A stretch of DNA of 64,000 bases from Octopus vulgaris (Eukaryota). This document shows positions 15,270 through 28,356 of this stretch, piece by piece; position 1 is the stretch's first letter; every line of letters begins with the position of its first letter. A program made the position numbers and the translations under genes. Location: the NCBI GenBank assembly GCA_951406725.2, contig OX597831.1, forward strand, positions 83,266,001 to 83,330,000, given 5' to 3'. The notes below the pieces were generated by a model. The model saw only the letters and a list, made by a program, of their open reading frames with translations, was not told the origin of the DNA and did no database searches.

Positions 15270-15800
15270 CATGTGTCGTTCCATGTGCTGTGTATTACTA
15301 AGATTGCAACAACGTGGAAGTGATCGACTGGTTGGATTCTGCAATCATTCACAACACGAAAGAAGGAAATCATGGAGTTCGTACGGAGAACATTCCTGCT
15401 CAATCGCCTGCATTACTATTTTCAATTATGGCGGCCACAAAGCGACAAATGAAGAACAGAACACGAGGCTCTAATACCAAGAAGATTGGCTCAATGCAAC
15501 AGATGGACTCCCGGGAGAGATTAAAAGAGCTGGGGTTCTACTCCATAGACAGAAGACCCGAAATATTTGCAGTGATATATAGAGGGAAAATAAGCTATAT
15601 CATTTACTAGACTGGAGGCCACTACATAGTACCAAAGATCTCTTCCTGTCCGTCCAAGTAAGGACTCAAAACTGCAAAAGCTTTGGGTTCAAAGGCCCGC
15701 AACTTTTTGATACATTGCTAAAAGGCCTCGGAGATCGACGATGTGTAGATGTGGGTGTGTTCATAAAACAATTAGACTAATATTTATCTGACATACGGTG
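15270..15800 (+). mobile_element. Highly degraded CR1-like C-terminal fragment
   Basis: RERLKELGFYSIDRRPEIFAVIY resembles the C-terminus of the 25990-27135 element. Confidence 0.55.
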
Positions 15801-15989
15801 TAAGAAACGTAAAGAAGAACAGTTCCATCCAACTCACTACTTTACCAGGAGCGATTTCAGAGACAGAACCAAGAAATGAGATTAAAACCTGCGTGGTACC
15901 TTGGAAAGCGTTTTCTGCGATAGGCCCGGGCCGACCACAGCCTTGGGAGTGGATTTGATAGACGGGAACTGAAAGAAGCCCACCATATA

Positions 15990-16052
<63 letters not shown>

Positions 16053-16087
16053 ATTGTTGTACTTCGGGATGGTCATTTTATTTATTA

Positions 16088-16459
16088 CTAGCAGTATCGC
16101 CCGGCGTTGCTCAGGTTTGTAAGGGAAATAACTATAAAGCATTTTTAGAGAGTTATAGCAAAAAAATGGGGAAAAAATGATGGTAAATTTTTTTTGAGAG
16201 TTAAAAAAGGTGGAGTTGCGTCCCCTAGACGGTCTGTGGTTTGGGTTTCTGATTCTCGACCCCATGTCGAATTTATCGATTTTTTCAGAACTGGGGGAAC
16301 TTTTCAAAATTTTCGCTGCGTTAGTTTTGAATTATGACATTGGGCTATGTGTGTGTCAAGTTTCATCAGAATCGGTTGAAAGCCGTGGTCAGAGTGAGGG
16401 TACGAGAAAACAGACACACAGAAAACGCACAGACAAACTGCCGTTTATATAGAGAGAGA
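16088..16459 (-). mobile_element. Non-autonomous Helitron
   Basis: Minus strand A|TCTCTCTCTATATAAAC start; 3' about 70 bp nearly identical to 24043-24112 including hairpin and CTAG|T. Confidence 0.85.
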
Positions 16460-16613
16460 TTATAATTATTATTTTGTCTCTTTTGCCAAATAAACGCATT
16501 ATTTTTTTTCTTCATTCGTTTATTACCGTTTTTTTTACTGCCTGTCCATTGTCCGGAAATCTTTCGCCACACATCTGGAGTGAGTGGAGGAAGAACACAC
16601 ACAGAAACGAAAA

Positions 16614-16660
16614 GTGTCGCTGAAGAGGTCACAGGTATGTGACGAAAGCTTTCCGAGCAA
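16614..16660 (+). ncRNA. Minimal hammerhead-ribozyme-like motif
   Basis: TGTCG-CTGAAGA-G-GTCACA(GGTA)TGTGAC-GAAA-GCTTTC-CGAGCA: both core boxes, a 6-bp stem II and a short palindromic stem III. Confidence 0.6.
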
Positions 16661-16752
16661 TGGACAGGCATTAAAATAATAAAATGGCAGTAATAAACGA
16701 GTGAAGAATATATATACATTTGTATTCGGGGATGGTCATCTTGCCAGTTTAG

Positions 16753-16799
<47 letters not shown>

Positions 16800-17411
16800 T
16801 GTGTATGTGTGTGTGTGTGTGTGTGTGTTTATTTGGCAAAACCAGAAAATAATAATAAATAAAATTACCATCCCGAAGTAGAACAATATCTGTTTCAACA
16901 CACGACTTCACATCAGGAATCTTGCGAAACGATTTGATAAACATGTATATATATACATATATATGCGCACACGCACACACTCGCACATACACATACACGC
17001 ACACACACGCACCCATACTCACATACACACACACACATTCCCACACCGTCATACGCACACATGCAAATACACATACACACACCTTTGACCTCTTTCTACT
17101 GTCGCCAACCATCTGCTACTGACCTGCTCGAGGAGTGACATAAACACAAACACTAACACACACGCACACAGACGACACACACAAACCCAAGCACATACCC
17201 ACACACGCACAACCACACACACACACACTGACCATTTTCACACTCTCCTGTCCCCCCAAAACTACTTTATCTATCTCTTTCTACTTCCGGTCACTTCAGT
17301 CTTCTTTCGACTTTCCCCTTTTCCCCTTTCACCGAGCGTCGAGCGAATACATTTCTTGTGCTCGTCCTCGCGTTCATGTTTTTCGTTTTTATCATTCGTT
17401 CATTTGAATTG

Positions 17412-17463
<52 letters not shown>

Positions 17464-17648
17464 TATAATTGTTCTGTGAGATAACGAACAGACTACACTT
17501 CAGAACATTTCAAAGTTAAAACAACAGAATGTGTGTGTGTGTGCGTACGCCATACTCTCATGTATATTACGTCATCACACAGTTCTCTATTTCTCGACTA
17601 ATCAAAAATTTATTTTTATACAAGTTTCGTTTATGCCCACGTGTAAAT

Positions 17649-17701
<53 letters not shown>

Positions 17702-18848
17702 CACATACACGCGCGCGCGCGCACTCTTTTACCATGCTTCAGTCATTGAATGTCGGTCATGCTGGGGCATTGCGTTACAGGTTTAGTCAATCAAACCAAC
17801 TCCAGTGCTTGACTGTGATATTTAATCTATCGTTTTCTTTTGGTATTAATTGCTAATTTATGAAGCTGCTAACATACCAACACGTCTCACACTCACTCTT
17901 TCTCTTTCTTTCTCCCCCTCTCTCTTTCTAATCACTTATTTTCATTATTTTCATTATTTCATTCTCACGAAGAGGCTGTCCCCAAAACGTTAAACTTCCC
18001 GTTCTTCACGGCAGAAAACATTTCCCTGCAGTTTCAATTATTTCTCTCCTTTTGTTATCGCTGACACAGAACATGATCGACGATTACATTGTTTGTTCAT
18101 TGAGCCAGAGAAGCCAATGAGAAATCAGAGTTCATTCCGTATGTTCAATAAACGTGATGAAATATTATTGATTATACGAAGATAGAATCAATGCCAGAGA
18201 CTGTGGGATAAATCAACCTCAGTATCTATCTGGTATTTCCATCGAAATAATGAAATGCCAAGTTGCGCAAACCAGTTTGGTCTGGCATTCTACCAATTCC
18301 ATCATTTACTAATATTATTACGGAGACAATATTTGTAGAAGTAGTTGTTCGTAATATATTCTAAACTAGCAAATAAAACAAGCGTTTGAGAAACTGGAGG
18401 AGAGAAGGGTTGTTACATCGACAAAATTCCATTAATAAAATTTGTGACTATAAATAAGTTTTATATCGTGGAAGAATTGGGCATTGAAACGGTTGGAACC
18501 GGATGTTGTTTTGGAGAGAAAATATTACTCTCCACCTCAAAGACGGGATCCCTGAGAGAAGTTAGAATTTCCAATTTTTGTATGACTTCCACATTATTTC
18601 TATTAGCAGTGCCCCTCGTGCAGTTATTGAGAGTACACACACACACACACTACATATACAATAGGTTTCTTTCAGTTTCTATCGACCAAAACCGCTCGCA
18701 ACACTATCGTCGGCCCGAGGCAATAACGGACGACACTTGCTCAAGGTATTACGCAGTGGGGCTGAACCAGGAACGATGCGGTTGAGAAGCCAACTTCTTA
18801 CCACACTAGGACGTTGCATCTATTTAGATGTGTGTGTATAGGCTTGTA

Positions 18849-18911
<63 letters not shown>

Positions 18912-18934
18912 ATATATATATATATATACATACT

Positions 18935-19003
<69 letters not shown>

Positions 19004-19815
19004 ATATACTCTTTTACTTGTTTCAGTGACCATGCTAGAGCACCACCTTTAGTCGAATTAATCGACTCCAGAACTTATTCTTTGTAATCCTAGTACTTAT
19101 TCTATCGATCTCTTTTTGCCCGAACCGCTAAGTGACGGGGACGTAAACACACCAGCATCGGTTGTCAAGCGATGATGAGGAGACAAACACTGACACAAGC
19201 AACAAACACATACACACACACTCACACACGCATACATATATATATATCAAAATCAGCAACAAGGATATCCAGAGGTAATGCAGTACGATCGTTTCATGCG
19301 ACTCCATTTAATTGAGCAACTTCTCATTGTTTATTATTGCTCCATTTCTTTTCAATATATATATATATATAAGTATATGTGTATATGTGTGTATGTATAT
19401 GGATATAACTACATATGTATATAAACATGTAACGACGACGGTAACATTGAAGAACACTTTGAAATTTCAAAAAAGGAGAAATGGACTACCATTAATTAAT
19501 TCCTTAGTAATTTTCGTCGATCATTTCTCATTTTGCACCTCTTTATTGGATTTCATCTGTCATTTAGAAAGATTTGAACCTTATACCTCGCCCGGCTCTA
19601 AATATATCTACACCCTATACGATTAGTTACATTACTGATCTCATACGACAATAAATATGTTGGACAATCGTTTTGTTAATGCGTGACTTGATTTTTTTTA
19701 CATTTAGCTTCATAAATTGAAGCTTAACATTCCAGTGGTCACATAGATATTGAGATAAAATATTTTCAGTTTTTCTGAAGAGAGAGAAAGGGAGAGAAAG
19801 AGGTAAGGGAAAAAG

Positions 19816-19854
<39 letters not shown>

Positions 19855-21521
19855 TGGAGGGTTTGTAAGAGTGGAGTAATTGCATGCAAGGACTAAGTTA
19901 CAATATTGGACTAATAACTAGTTTATTACTGCAGCGGTAGACAAGTTGGTGTGATTTATCTTGTTGACATTTATGAACATTGCAGGAATTGGTTAACAGA
20001 AATGGACAAGAAACGAGAGATGAAAATGGTAATTTTGCTTTCTTTAAGGAATATAGATGAGATGTTAGGTGAGAGAAATAAAGAGATGAAAGTTGTAGTA
20101 ATTTGTTCTGTAAACTTTGCAGATGAGAGGAGATGAGCTGAAACAACAGATTCTAAATTGAAACTGTGGACATGGACGAAACGGAGAAAGAAGCTCAATG
20201 TAGCTGCTTTAATTGCTTGAAATAGCAGCGATGTATTTGCCCTCATACATTATGTCGGTTTGAAAACAATAATAAGACATATTGGGTGATGTAGTCTGTG
20301 GTATTGTTTGATAAAATCAGATAAAGTGGTCATGGCTGAGATGTCTTTTCATCAAAAATGGTTGATAAGGAATGTCTTAGGGCTAAACACGAACCTTAGC
20401 AGCGATGGACATAGGACAGAGACGATAGCAAAGTTATATAATCCAATACAAACAAATTTCCATGCGTATACGCGCGCGCGCACGCACACACACACACACA
20501 CATACACACACACGCTCATCTACACGCATACACAAACACACGTATGTGTGTGTATTTGGTGGCTGTAGTTACAGAATATGACCACTACCTTTCAGAGTAA
20601 AATTAGAAAGAGTGCCTTCCAACTATGGCCTCCTCTGACAATAAAGACATACATCTATATGGTTTAAGCAAGCCCTTCATCTCCGAGACCTTGACATTTT
20701 AATGAAGGACGCCATTGTGTGAACTGAAACAGTTCCTGCCAGTTGTACACCTTAAACACCCTCACCAACGAGAAAGCAAAGCAAATGGCAGAATTTTGGG
20801 TTCACAGATGAGGGAAAGGTCCGCTGTTTATCCGTGGGTCCAAAATGGCCGAGAACAAGTTCGGCAATTTCCAATAGTATCGTTCATTTCGGAGGCACTG
20901 GGCGATACTGGCGGCACCAGGGAATTTGGGGTTTAAATAGTTTATGTAAGGACACGAGAAAGAACAAGAAATAAATAGGAGAGAGAGAGAGAAGGAGAGG
21001 GGAGGGGAGAAGACGAAAGTTCATTGAGTGTGACCCAGATGGGTCAATAGAGCAAACACAAGACAAGCAGATATCATCATCATCATTAACAACAACAAGT
21101 TGATGTTGAAGCTGTGCCATATCAATTTAGTAGTTTCTCTCCAACATTATACGTACACAGACATTATATACTTATATATACATATATATATATATACACA
21201 CACACACGTGTGTGTATGTATTATATGCACATGTACAGTCGTTACATACATACTTTATACGCACACATACTCACATGCATTACACACACACACTTGCTAT
21301 ACAGAGTAAACAACATCAACAACAATAATATCAATAACAACAACAACAACAGTCTGGTGTTATTTCCAGTTTCCAATAACACAAGAAACCATTAGATAGG
21401 ATTAAAAAACAAAAAAAAAACACATCAAATATTATATGATGCGGTGTGTGTGTGTGTGTGTGTGTGCTTCTCCCCCCTCCCGCTCTCACTCGATATACAT
21501 ACATGCATTCATACATATACA

Positions 21522-21586
<65 letters not shown>

Positions 21587-21943
21587 ATGTATATACACCT
21601 ATATATGCATATATGTATAAGTATGAATGCATCTATGTGCACACAGACATACAGACACACACATAAAACAATAAATATGTAAACCATGCACAATATGTTT
21701 AATATATCGAAGCAAATATTTAGTGTTGCCGTGAAAAAATATTTTTATTAAATATGTTGTAGGATTTCAGTTTTTGTTTACTGATAGCCATGTTGCCTTC
21801 TTACTACTTCTTTTCTCTTTCCTTCTCCCATGTATATATACGCACACACGCACGCACACACACACACACACACACATATATACATATATACACACACACA
21901 TATATATATATATATTTGTACATATACATATACACACATATAC

Positions 21944-22014
<71 letters not shown>

Positions 22015-22051
22015 CATACATATATATATGTATATGTATGTATGTATGTAT

Positions 22052-22086
<35 letters not shown>

Positions 22087-22089
<3 letters not shown>

Positions 22090-22408
22090 GGCGCGTTGAT
22101 CAGTGGTTAGGGTTTCGTCTCATGATCATATGATCTTGAGTTCGATTCCCGGCGACGCGTTGTGTCCTTGAGCAAGACACATTATTTCTCGTTATTCCAG
22201 ACCACTCAGCTGGCTATACTGAGTAGAACCTATATTTCAAAGGGTCAGCTTTGCCTCACTCTGTGTCACGCGGAATCTCCCCAAGAACTACGTTAAGGGT
22301 GTGCGTGTCTGTGGAGTGCTCAGCCACTTGCACGTTAATTTCACAAGCAGGTTGTTCCGTTGATCGGATTAACTGGAACCCTTGTCCGTAACCGACGGAG
22401 TACCAGTT
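22087..22408 (+). mobile_element. tRNA-derived SINE family C
   Basis: GAGGCGCG...AGTGGTTAG A-box, GTTCGATTCCC B-box, GTGTCCTTGAGCAAGACAC central domain. Related degraded head at 42460-42662(-). Confidence 0.85.
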
Positions 22409-23372
22409 CATACGTTTCTATATCTAGTAATAAATAGATGAAAGAGTACTCAATACCGGAGGTAGAGTTTAAATCGTTATGTTAAATACTGTGAGACCAT
22501 TAATGTCGGTGGCCAAGATTTTTTGCAGCCAGAGAAAATCGGCTGCACTCATTCTGCCGACAAGACCCAAAGCATCAAACCTAGAGAATATAGTTTTATG
22601 TACGCAGCAGGACAGGTCGGAAGATCTTTGGTCGTAGGAGTGCCTACTTTGGACTAAACTACAGCAACTACAATAACTAACATTTGCAGAAACTTATCCC
22701 TTAAAACATATTACATTTTGCAACCTTGTACAACTCTAAACTGAACCTTATTACACCACGTTACCCTATAAACCATACAACAGCGCACGACACAACACCT
22801 ATCCATTTCTCATCACACTTCGCCGAACCACAATCACTTTGAATTACTTTACACCATAGTAGTTTGCCAAAACAATAAGGTTTAAAGAGTAAATATTTAA
22901 AAAGAGGAAGGAGCAGAAGCAAAATTCCTTTAACTTAAATAACTTCCCTCAAGTCCTTAGTTGAGTGACTGATCGCTGATGAAACAGTAAAGACCACTGA
23001 AACTAGTCAGGACATTTTCTGGTTTATCGGCAACAAACAGGATACGCATCGTTTAACAATAGAATTTACTTTTACACTGCAGCATTAAAAACAAATGATT
23101 GTTTCAATTACTTCTTCTTCCTCCTTACTGCAAACACGCGCGATTACGAACACACACACACACAAACGTTAAACTGTTGAATGAATGAGACAAGAGTGCT
23201 CAATACATGTAGAGCACAGGGTTTACTAACAGCATTTTTATCTCGCGATTTCAGCGTTCATTCCCGAAGACCACAGAAGATTAAAACTTGGGCCGCGAGA
23301 TGAAAATAATTCAGTTATAATAAACTCTGTTTCTCTGTCTTTGTCTGTCACCTTGTCTCTCCCACCTCTCTT

Positions 23373-23474
<102 letters not shown>

Positions 23475-23595
23475 ATATAAATGCGAGTGTATGTGATTAT
23501 GTCTGTGTGTTTAGCCCAGAAAGGCTCTGAAAAAGTGCATCCTCGAGAAAAACGAATTTGATTTTCGAAATCTGCGTCCCAAACATTAATATATA

Positions 23596-24112
23596 TCTAT
23601 ATATATAAAACTGTAGTTGTGTGAGTGTCTGTCTCCTACGATTTAGATTCCTAACTCCTCCCACATTTTGCGGTGCAGTTTAACCAAATTCGGGTATCTT
23701 ATAGTCGTGATTAATATCGAGCCCGTCTGGCTATTAGCGCGCGTCTACGATGAGTCTACGATTTTAAAAATAATTTAACATCATTTTTTATTCCATTTTA
23801 ATGCATAATTTTTCGTGTGTCGATGGCGGCGGAGTTGGCGTCCACGCTCAAACACCTGCACCTGTGTTTGCTTCTCCCCCTTCTTCCCTCCCTCGTGAAG
23901 CTGTGGGGAAGGGAGTTTAAGGAAATCAACGTCGTAATGCGTTGTCAAGGAGACCAGCGTTCTTTTAGAACAACGACTTCATGGCTTGAAGACACCAAAA
24001 CAGAAATGGCTAAGAAAGCCCGAATTGGCATCTATAAGGGAAGTAACTCTCTAAAAATGCTTATGTAGTTATTTCCCTTACAAACCCGAGCAACGCCGGG
24101 CGATACTGCTAG
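23596..24112 (+). mobile_element. Non-autonomous Helitron
   Basis: A|TC start, subterminal CCCG-AGCAACGC-CGGG hairpin, CTAG|T end, no TSD. Confidence 0.88.
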
Positions 24113-25000
24113 TATATATATAATTTTCTGCGAAAAATCATTTAACTTTTAGATCGACGACTCTCCCACTATCTTTGACCCCCAAAATGTATTTCTCTTT
24201 ACCATATTTTTTGACACTCATTCTCTTTGTATACGCATTACCGTTCGTGCTTTGCTTTCATTTTGTTTAGAACCTCATCCAATGTTTGCTTAAATTTTAT
24301 GGCAACTATTACAAACAAATCCTGTTTTCTGATTGGATAAAAGTGATCAAACTTTAAGCCTCTGTGACATTTTTCAAAAAAATTTCTGGAATAAATGAAT
24401 CACAAACTCGGATTCAGTGTGAAAAATTATATGAATAAGAATTATATGAATAAAAGAATTTTCCCCTTAAAGTTTAAAATCTGTGACAGCAGCTCTCTCT
24501 CTCTCTTTAATTTTTCCATATGTTCATGGTAAACTTACTTCTCTCTATATATTTTTACTACACTCTCTCTCTCACTCTCTCTCACTCTCTATAAAAGTAT
24601 ATCGCTCACGTGGAGTGTGTGTGTGTTTGTTAGTGTGTATGTGCATGCATGTGTATAAGAAATTTCATTGGGGCAACATAGTGATATAAAAAGGTATGGA
24701 AATGATAATATATTTTAATAGCATACTTTTTGTTAGTAAATATGTTCTTTCTTACACACACACACACAGACACACACACACGAACTCACTTGGTGCGGGA
24801 TTAAAAATTTAAATTAGAAATTTTTCTGCCGTTGTTGTTGCTTACATACAAGCAATGGAGTACTGAATCATCATTCCAGAAAATGTGTTAATGGGAAGGA
24901 AAATATTGAAAAACATCAAGTGACAAAGAAACAAATAATGTAGCAGGTGGTCGTGGGATGTGCTATAAATAACAGCTAAATGTCTTTTAAATCTCACACC

Positions 25001-25527
25001 CTTTCATCATACTGGTGGCCATGGTGAAGAATGTATGCGGTGGACTCGAGCGAAAGGTTTAGAGACAAACACTTTCCTCTCTGGTTAATCGCTCAACTTT
25101 TTCAAGTACCACTTGAAAAGGAAGGTGAAAATAGAGAGGCAAGTTTTGTTCATGAAAGATTCAATAAAAGGTGGGTGAATGTAGCAAAGATGGTACGTGT
25201 GAACGACGAAACCACTTTGAGCATGATCCTATAAGTCAAAAAAAGAGAAAGAGAGCACTTTGCTCTCATGTGTTTTTTCCCTCTCTGCCTGAGGTTACCG
25301 TGGTCTTTTCTGTAGGCTTTTCTTTCCACAAATAAACCTGATCTGTTTTTTACATTTAGGATATTTTCTGTGATACACGATCCCTTTTGATCGCTTTTTT
25401 TTCTTTAACACGATCCCTTTTGATCGGAAATTTATTTTCTCCTTTTTTGTCTATTTTCGAAAAGAAAAGCTCTACATTGTATTTTGTTTCCTCTGTGTTC
25501 GGCCCTGTGTGGCTAATAAACAAACTT
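25001..25527 (+). mobile_element. Short 3' fragment of the same Tx1/L1-type family
   Basis: Aligns with 11423-12026: RFNKRWVNVAKMVRVNDETTLSMIL vs CFKKRWVNVARMARMNDEATLTMIL, shared ACGATCCCTTTTGATCG repeats and GCCCTGTGTGGCTAATAAA tail. Confidence 0.9.
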
Positions 25528-25989
25528 ATATAGAGACAGGTATATGAACAACAAGTCGGGCGATCTACTTGCGCAAATCAGTCGATGTGTTGACTGAATT
25601 ATATATATAAAGCTGCAGCTTTATCAAGTTCGTTCAAAGTTGCCCCTCTTAGATACATCTCATCGACAAGAGCCAAAAAAGCTCGAAACATCGATGTCTG
25701 AGATTCCTAACAGATGGTGACACTGAACGAGCTGGGTGTTTTCACACCTTTTTTTTACCATAAGAGAGATTTTTTTCTCCACGGCAACTGCAGTGTATTT
25801 GCCTTTGGCAGTTGAAATATGTGACAAACATATTTCAACTAACCCAAATTCTGCGCATACCAAAACATTGCTTTGCGCCAATACTTCGTTATATATATAT
25901 ATATATATTCTTTTCTTCTTTTTTTTAATCAGTTTCAACTCAAAGCTGTGGCCCATACTAGGGCACCGCCGTTTTACAACACTGTTATT

Positions 25990-27135
25990 AGTGAGAATCT
26001 CCTCTGATATGTGGCATTTGGTAAGGGAGTTTCATCTGGGACTCTCAACAGGAAGCGATCCAGTTTTGTTTTGAAAGCACCTACATCCACATTGTGTAGG
26101 TCCCTCAGACTCTTTGGGAGAATATTAAAGAGCTGTGGAATCTTGAAACCCAGGCCGTTGCAGTAACTGATCCTGAAGCGCGACAGCATTGTTGGGATCT
26201 TTGTCAATGTGCAGTGGCGACCCGTTCTGACATTTGTATAGCTTTCAATGCCAAAGTTTGGCACAGTTCCTTCCAGGATCTTCCAAATGTATATTACTGC
26301 ATATTTCTCCCGCCTTCGCTCCAGGGAATAGAATCTTAGCTGTTTCAGCCTTTCCCAAGCTGTTGCAATGAAACGATCTTTTTTGTGAAGCTTTGCTTGA
26401 TTACTTCAAGGTCTGCTATTAATTTTACACTGTGGGGTGACCCCAGTTAGGAGCAGTAGTCAAGGCCGTTGAGGACGAATGTCCGCCAGAGGACCATCAT
26501 GGTTTCATTATCTCTGGTTCTGAATGTTCTCTGGATCCAGTCGGCCGGCCGTCTGCACTTTGTCGCCATCTTGGTAATGTGCACTTGGAAAACGGTATCA
26601 TCAGTCATGTCGATGCCCAGGTCATACACTGGTTTAAGTCCTGGGATTGTATTCGCCCTCACCTCTGGTCCTGTGTACCCTGTAAGTTGTCGTGTAGGTT
26701 TGAGTGTTGGTAGCGCAGGACTTGGAATTTTCCAGCATTAAACTACATATTCTTGTTCTCAGCCCATCTGTAAATTGCGTCCAATTCCTGTTGTTGGCGT
26801 GCAACATCGTTAGGGTTTTGTATTTTCTGTGAGACTTTGGTATCGTCTGCGTAGCTAGTAAAGGTGGCTATCCGGGCAGCTGAGGACATATCTGAGAGGG
26901 CCACTATGAAAAGCAATGGTTCCAAGACGGTTCCCTGTGGAACAACACTCACTATTTGTGTTTTCTTTGAAGTGACTCCATTGGCCACCACTATCTGACT
27001 TCTATCTGTCAGAAAGTCATGTAACCACTTTCCAAGATTTCCAGCTATGCAAAGATCGCGCAATTTACGGTATATCATACCATCATCAACTTTTATCAAA
27101 AGCTTTTGCAAAGTCAAAGTATATTACGTCCAAAT
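25990..27135 (-). mobile_element. CR1/L2-group LINE RT and C-terminal remnant
   Basis: DFAKAF, VPQGTVLEPLLF, YADDTKV and SLERRREKYAVIYIWKILEG motifs on the minus strand, with multiple frameshifts. Confidence 0.88.
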
Positions 27136-27612
27136 TTGAGTGTATAAATATGACGCGTATCTTTGCGAATTTAATACATCACTACGCACGTTTCCACAAA
27201 TCACATGATTTTGACATCAGAATCGGTATCCTTGGGATTAGCACAGTATAGTCCGTATTATCCGTGGGCATCTGGTCGATCATCATCATTGATTCATTTC
27301 ATAAGGCGATACTGCATTATTGGATGAATCACAGAGGGATGTTTATCCCTTCTCGCCTGTATGAAGGCTAATCCAGCTATGTGGGTATTTCTATGTGTAC
27401 TTGTTAGGGGGAAGTGGGTGATGGGAGTAGAAGAAGGAAGGGTAGTAATATGGGGGATGAAGGTGTGTGTGTGGTGGTGGATTTATTTGCTATTCATTCT
27501 GCAGATCTTAAGGATGGTCATTTATTCAGCAGAATTAAGGATATTTGTACAGTTCTTAGTTCTATATCATTCAAGAGCTGACCCTCTTCAATAAATTCTG
27601 AATCTAACATGT

Positions 27613-27892
27613 AGTTCCTTCTCGAGCCATGCTTGGCTCATAAGGGCCGGTTTCCCCGGTTTCCTTGGCGTATAGGTTCCCCACATGTCCGTCGCAGGTG
27701 AGCTGCAAGATGCAGGAGGAAAGAGTGAGAGTTGTGGCGAAAGAGTCAGCAGAAGTTCGCCATTACCTTCTGCTCAAGCCGTGTAGAGCTTAGGTGTTTC
27801 GCTCATAAACACATACATCACCCAGTCTGAGATTCGAATCTGCGATCCCTCGACCGCGAATCCGCTGCTCTAACCACTAGGTCATGTGCCTC
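27613..27892 (-). mobile_element. tRNA-derived SINE family D
   Basis: Minus strand GAGGCACATGACCTAGTGGTTAGAGC A-box and ATTCGAATCTC B-box-like; tail CTGCGACGGAC...TATGAGCC reminiscent of V-SINE-type tails. Confidence 0.8.
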
Positions 27893-28356
27893 TACAACAG
27901 GTAGTTAGCTACTATACAGTGAGGTTTGTTGACCAAATTGATAAATACCACCGCTCCGATGGTGACCTCTTCACCGTTTCTGTTGCTACAGTGTGTATCA
28001 TCTTAAACATTGGTATTTTCATTTATTTGTTTGGGTTCCTTCACTGTTCTATAATTTGTAATTTCTTTTCAAACTATTTTTTCCAAATTCCATGAATGAT
28101 ATTTGGTTCCTCTGCTTATATCATGATACGACCATCTCAGAATGTCTGTTTATCACGTTTTCCCTGGATGTTATTATTTCGAGGGTCATTTGAATTTATA
28201 AACTCAAAAGATGGGACTCACACTCAACAAACTGAGAGTACCTGGGAAACAAACGCCGATGTGGGACACACCGTTCCATGGTCGGCAAGTATCTTTGCAA
28301 ATGTATGTGGAGAAGGAGATATGAGAAAGATAATCTATTCTAGAGTGTGTTGCGAA

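Noticed and set aside
19880-20250. Possible LINE RT remnant
   Set aside because: No intact RT motif could be read with confidence on either strand.
22087-22160. tRNA-like A/B boxes (also at 12894, 27820-27892, 33370-33449 and 63881)
   Set aside because: They lack a full cloverleaf and continue into SINE bodies, so they are SINE heads rather than tRNA genes.
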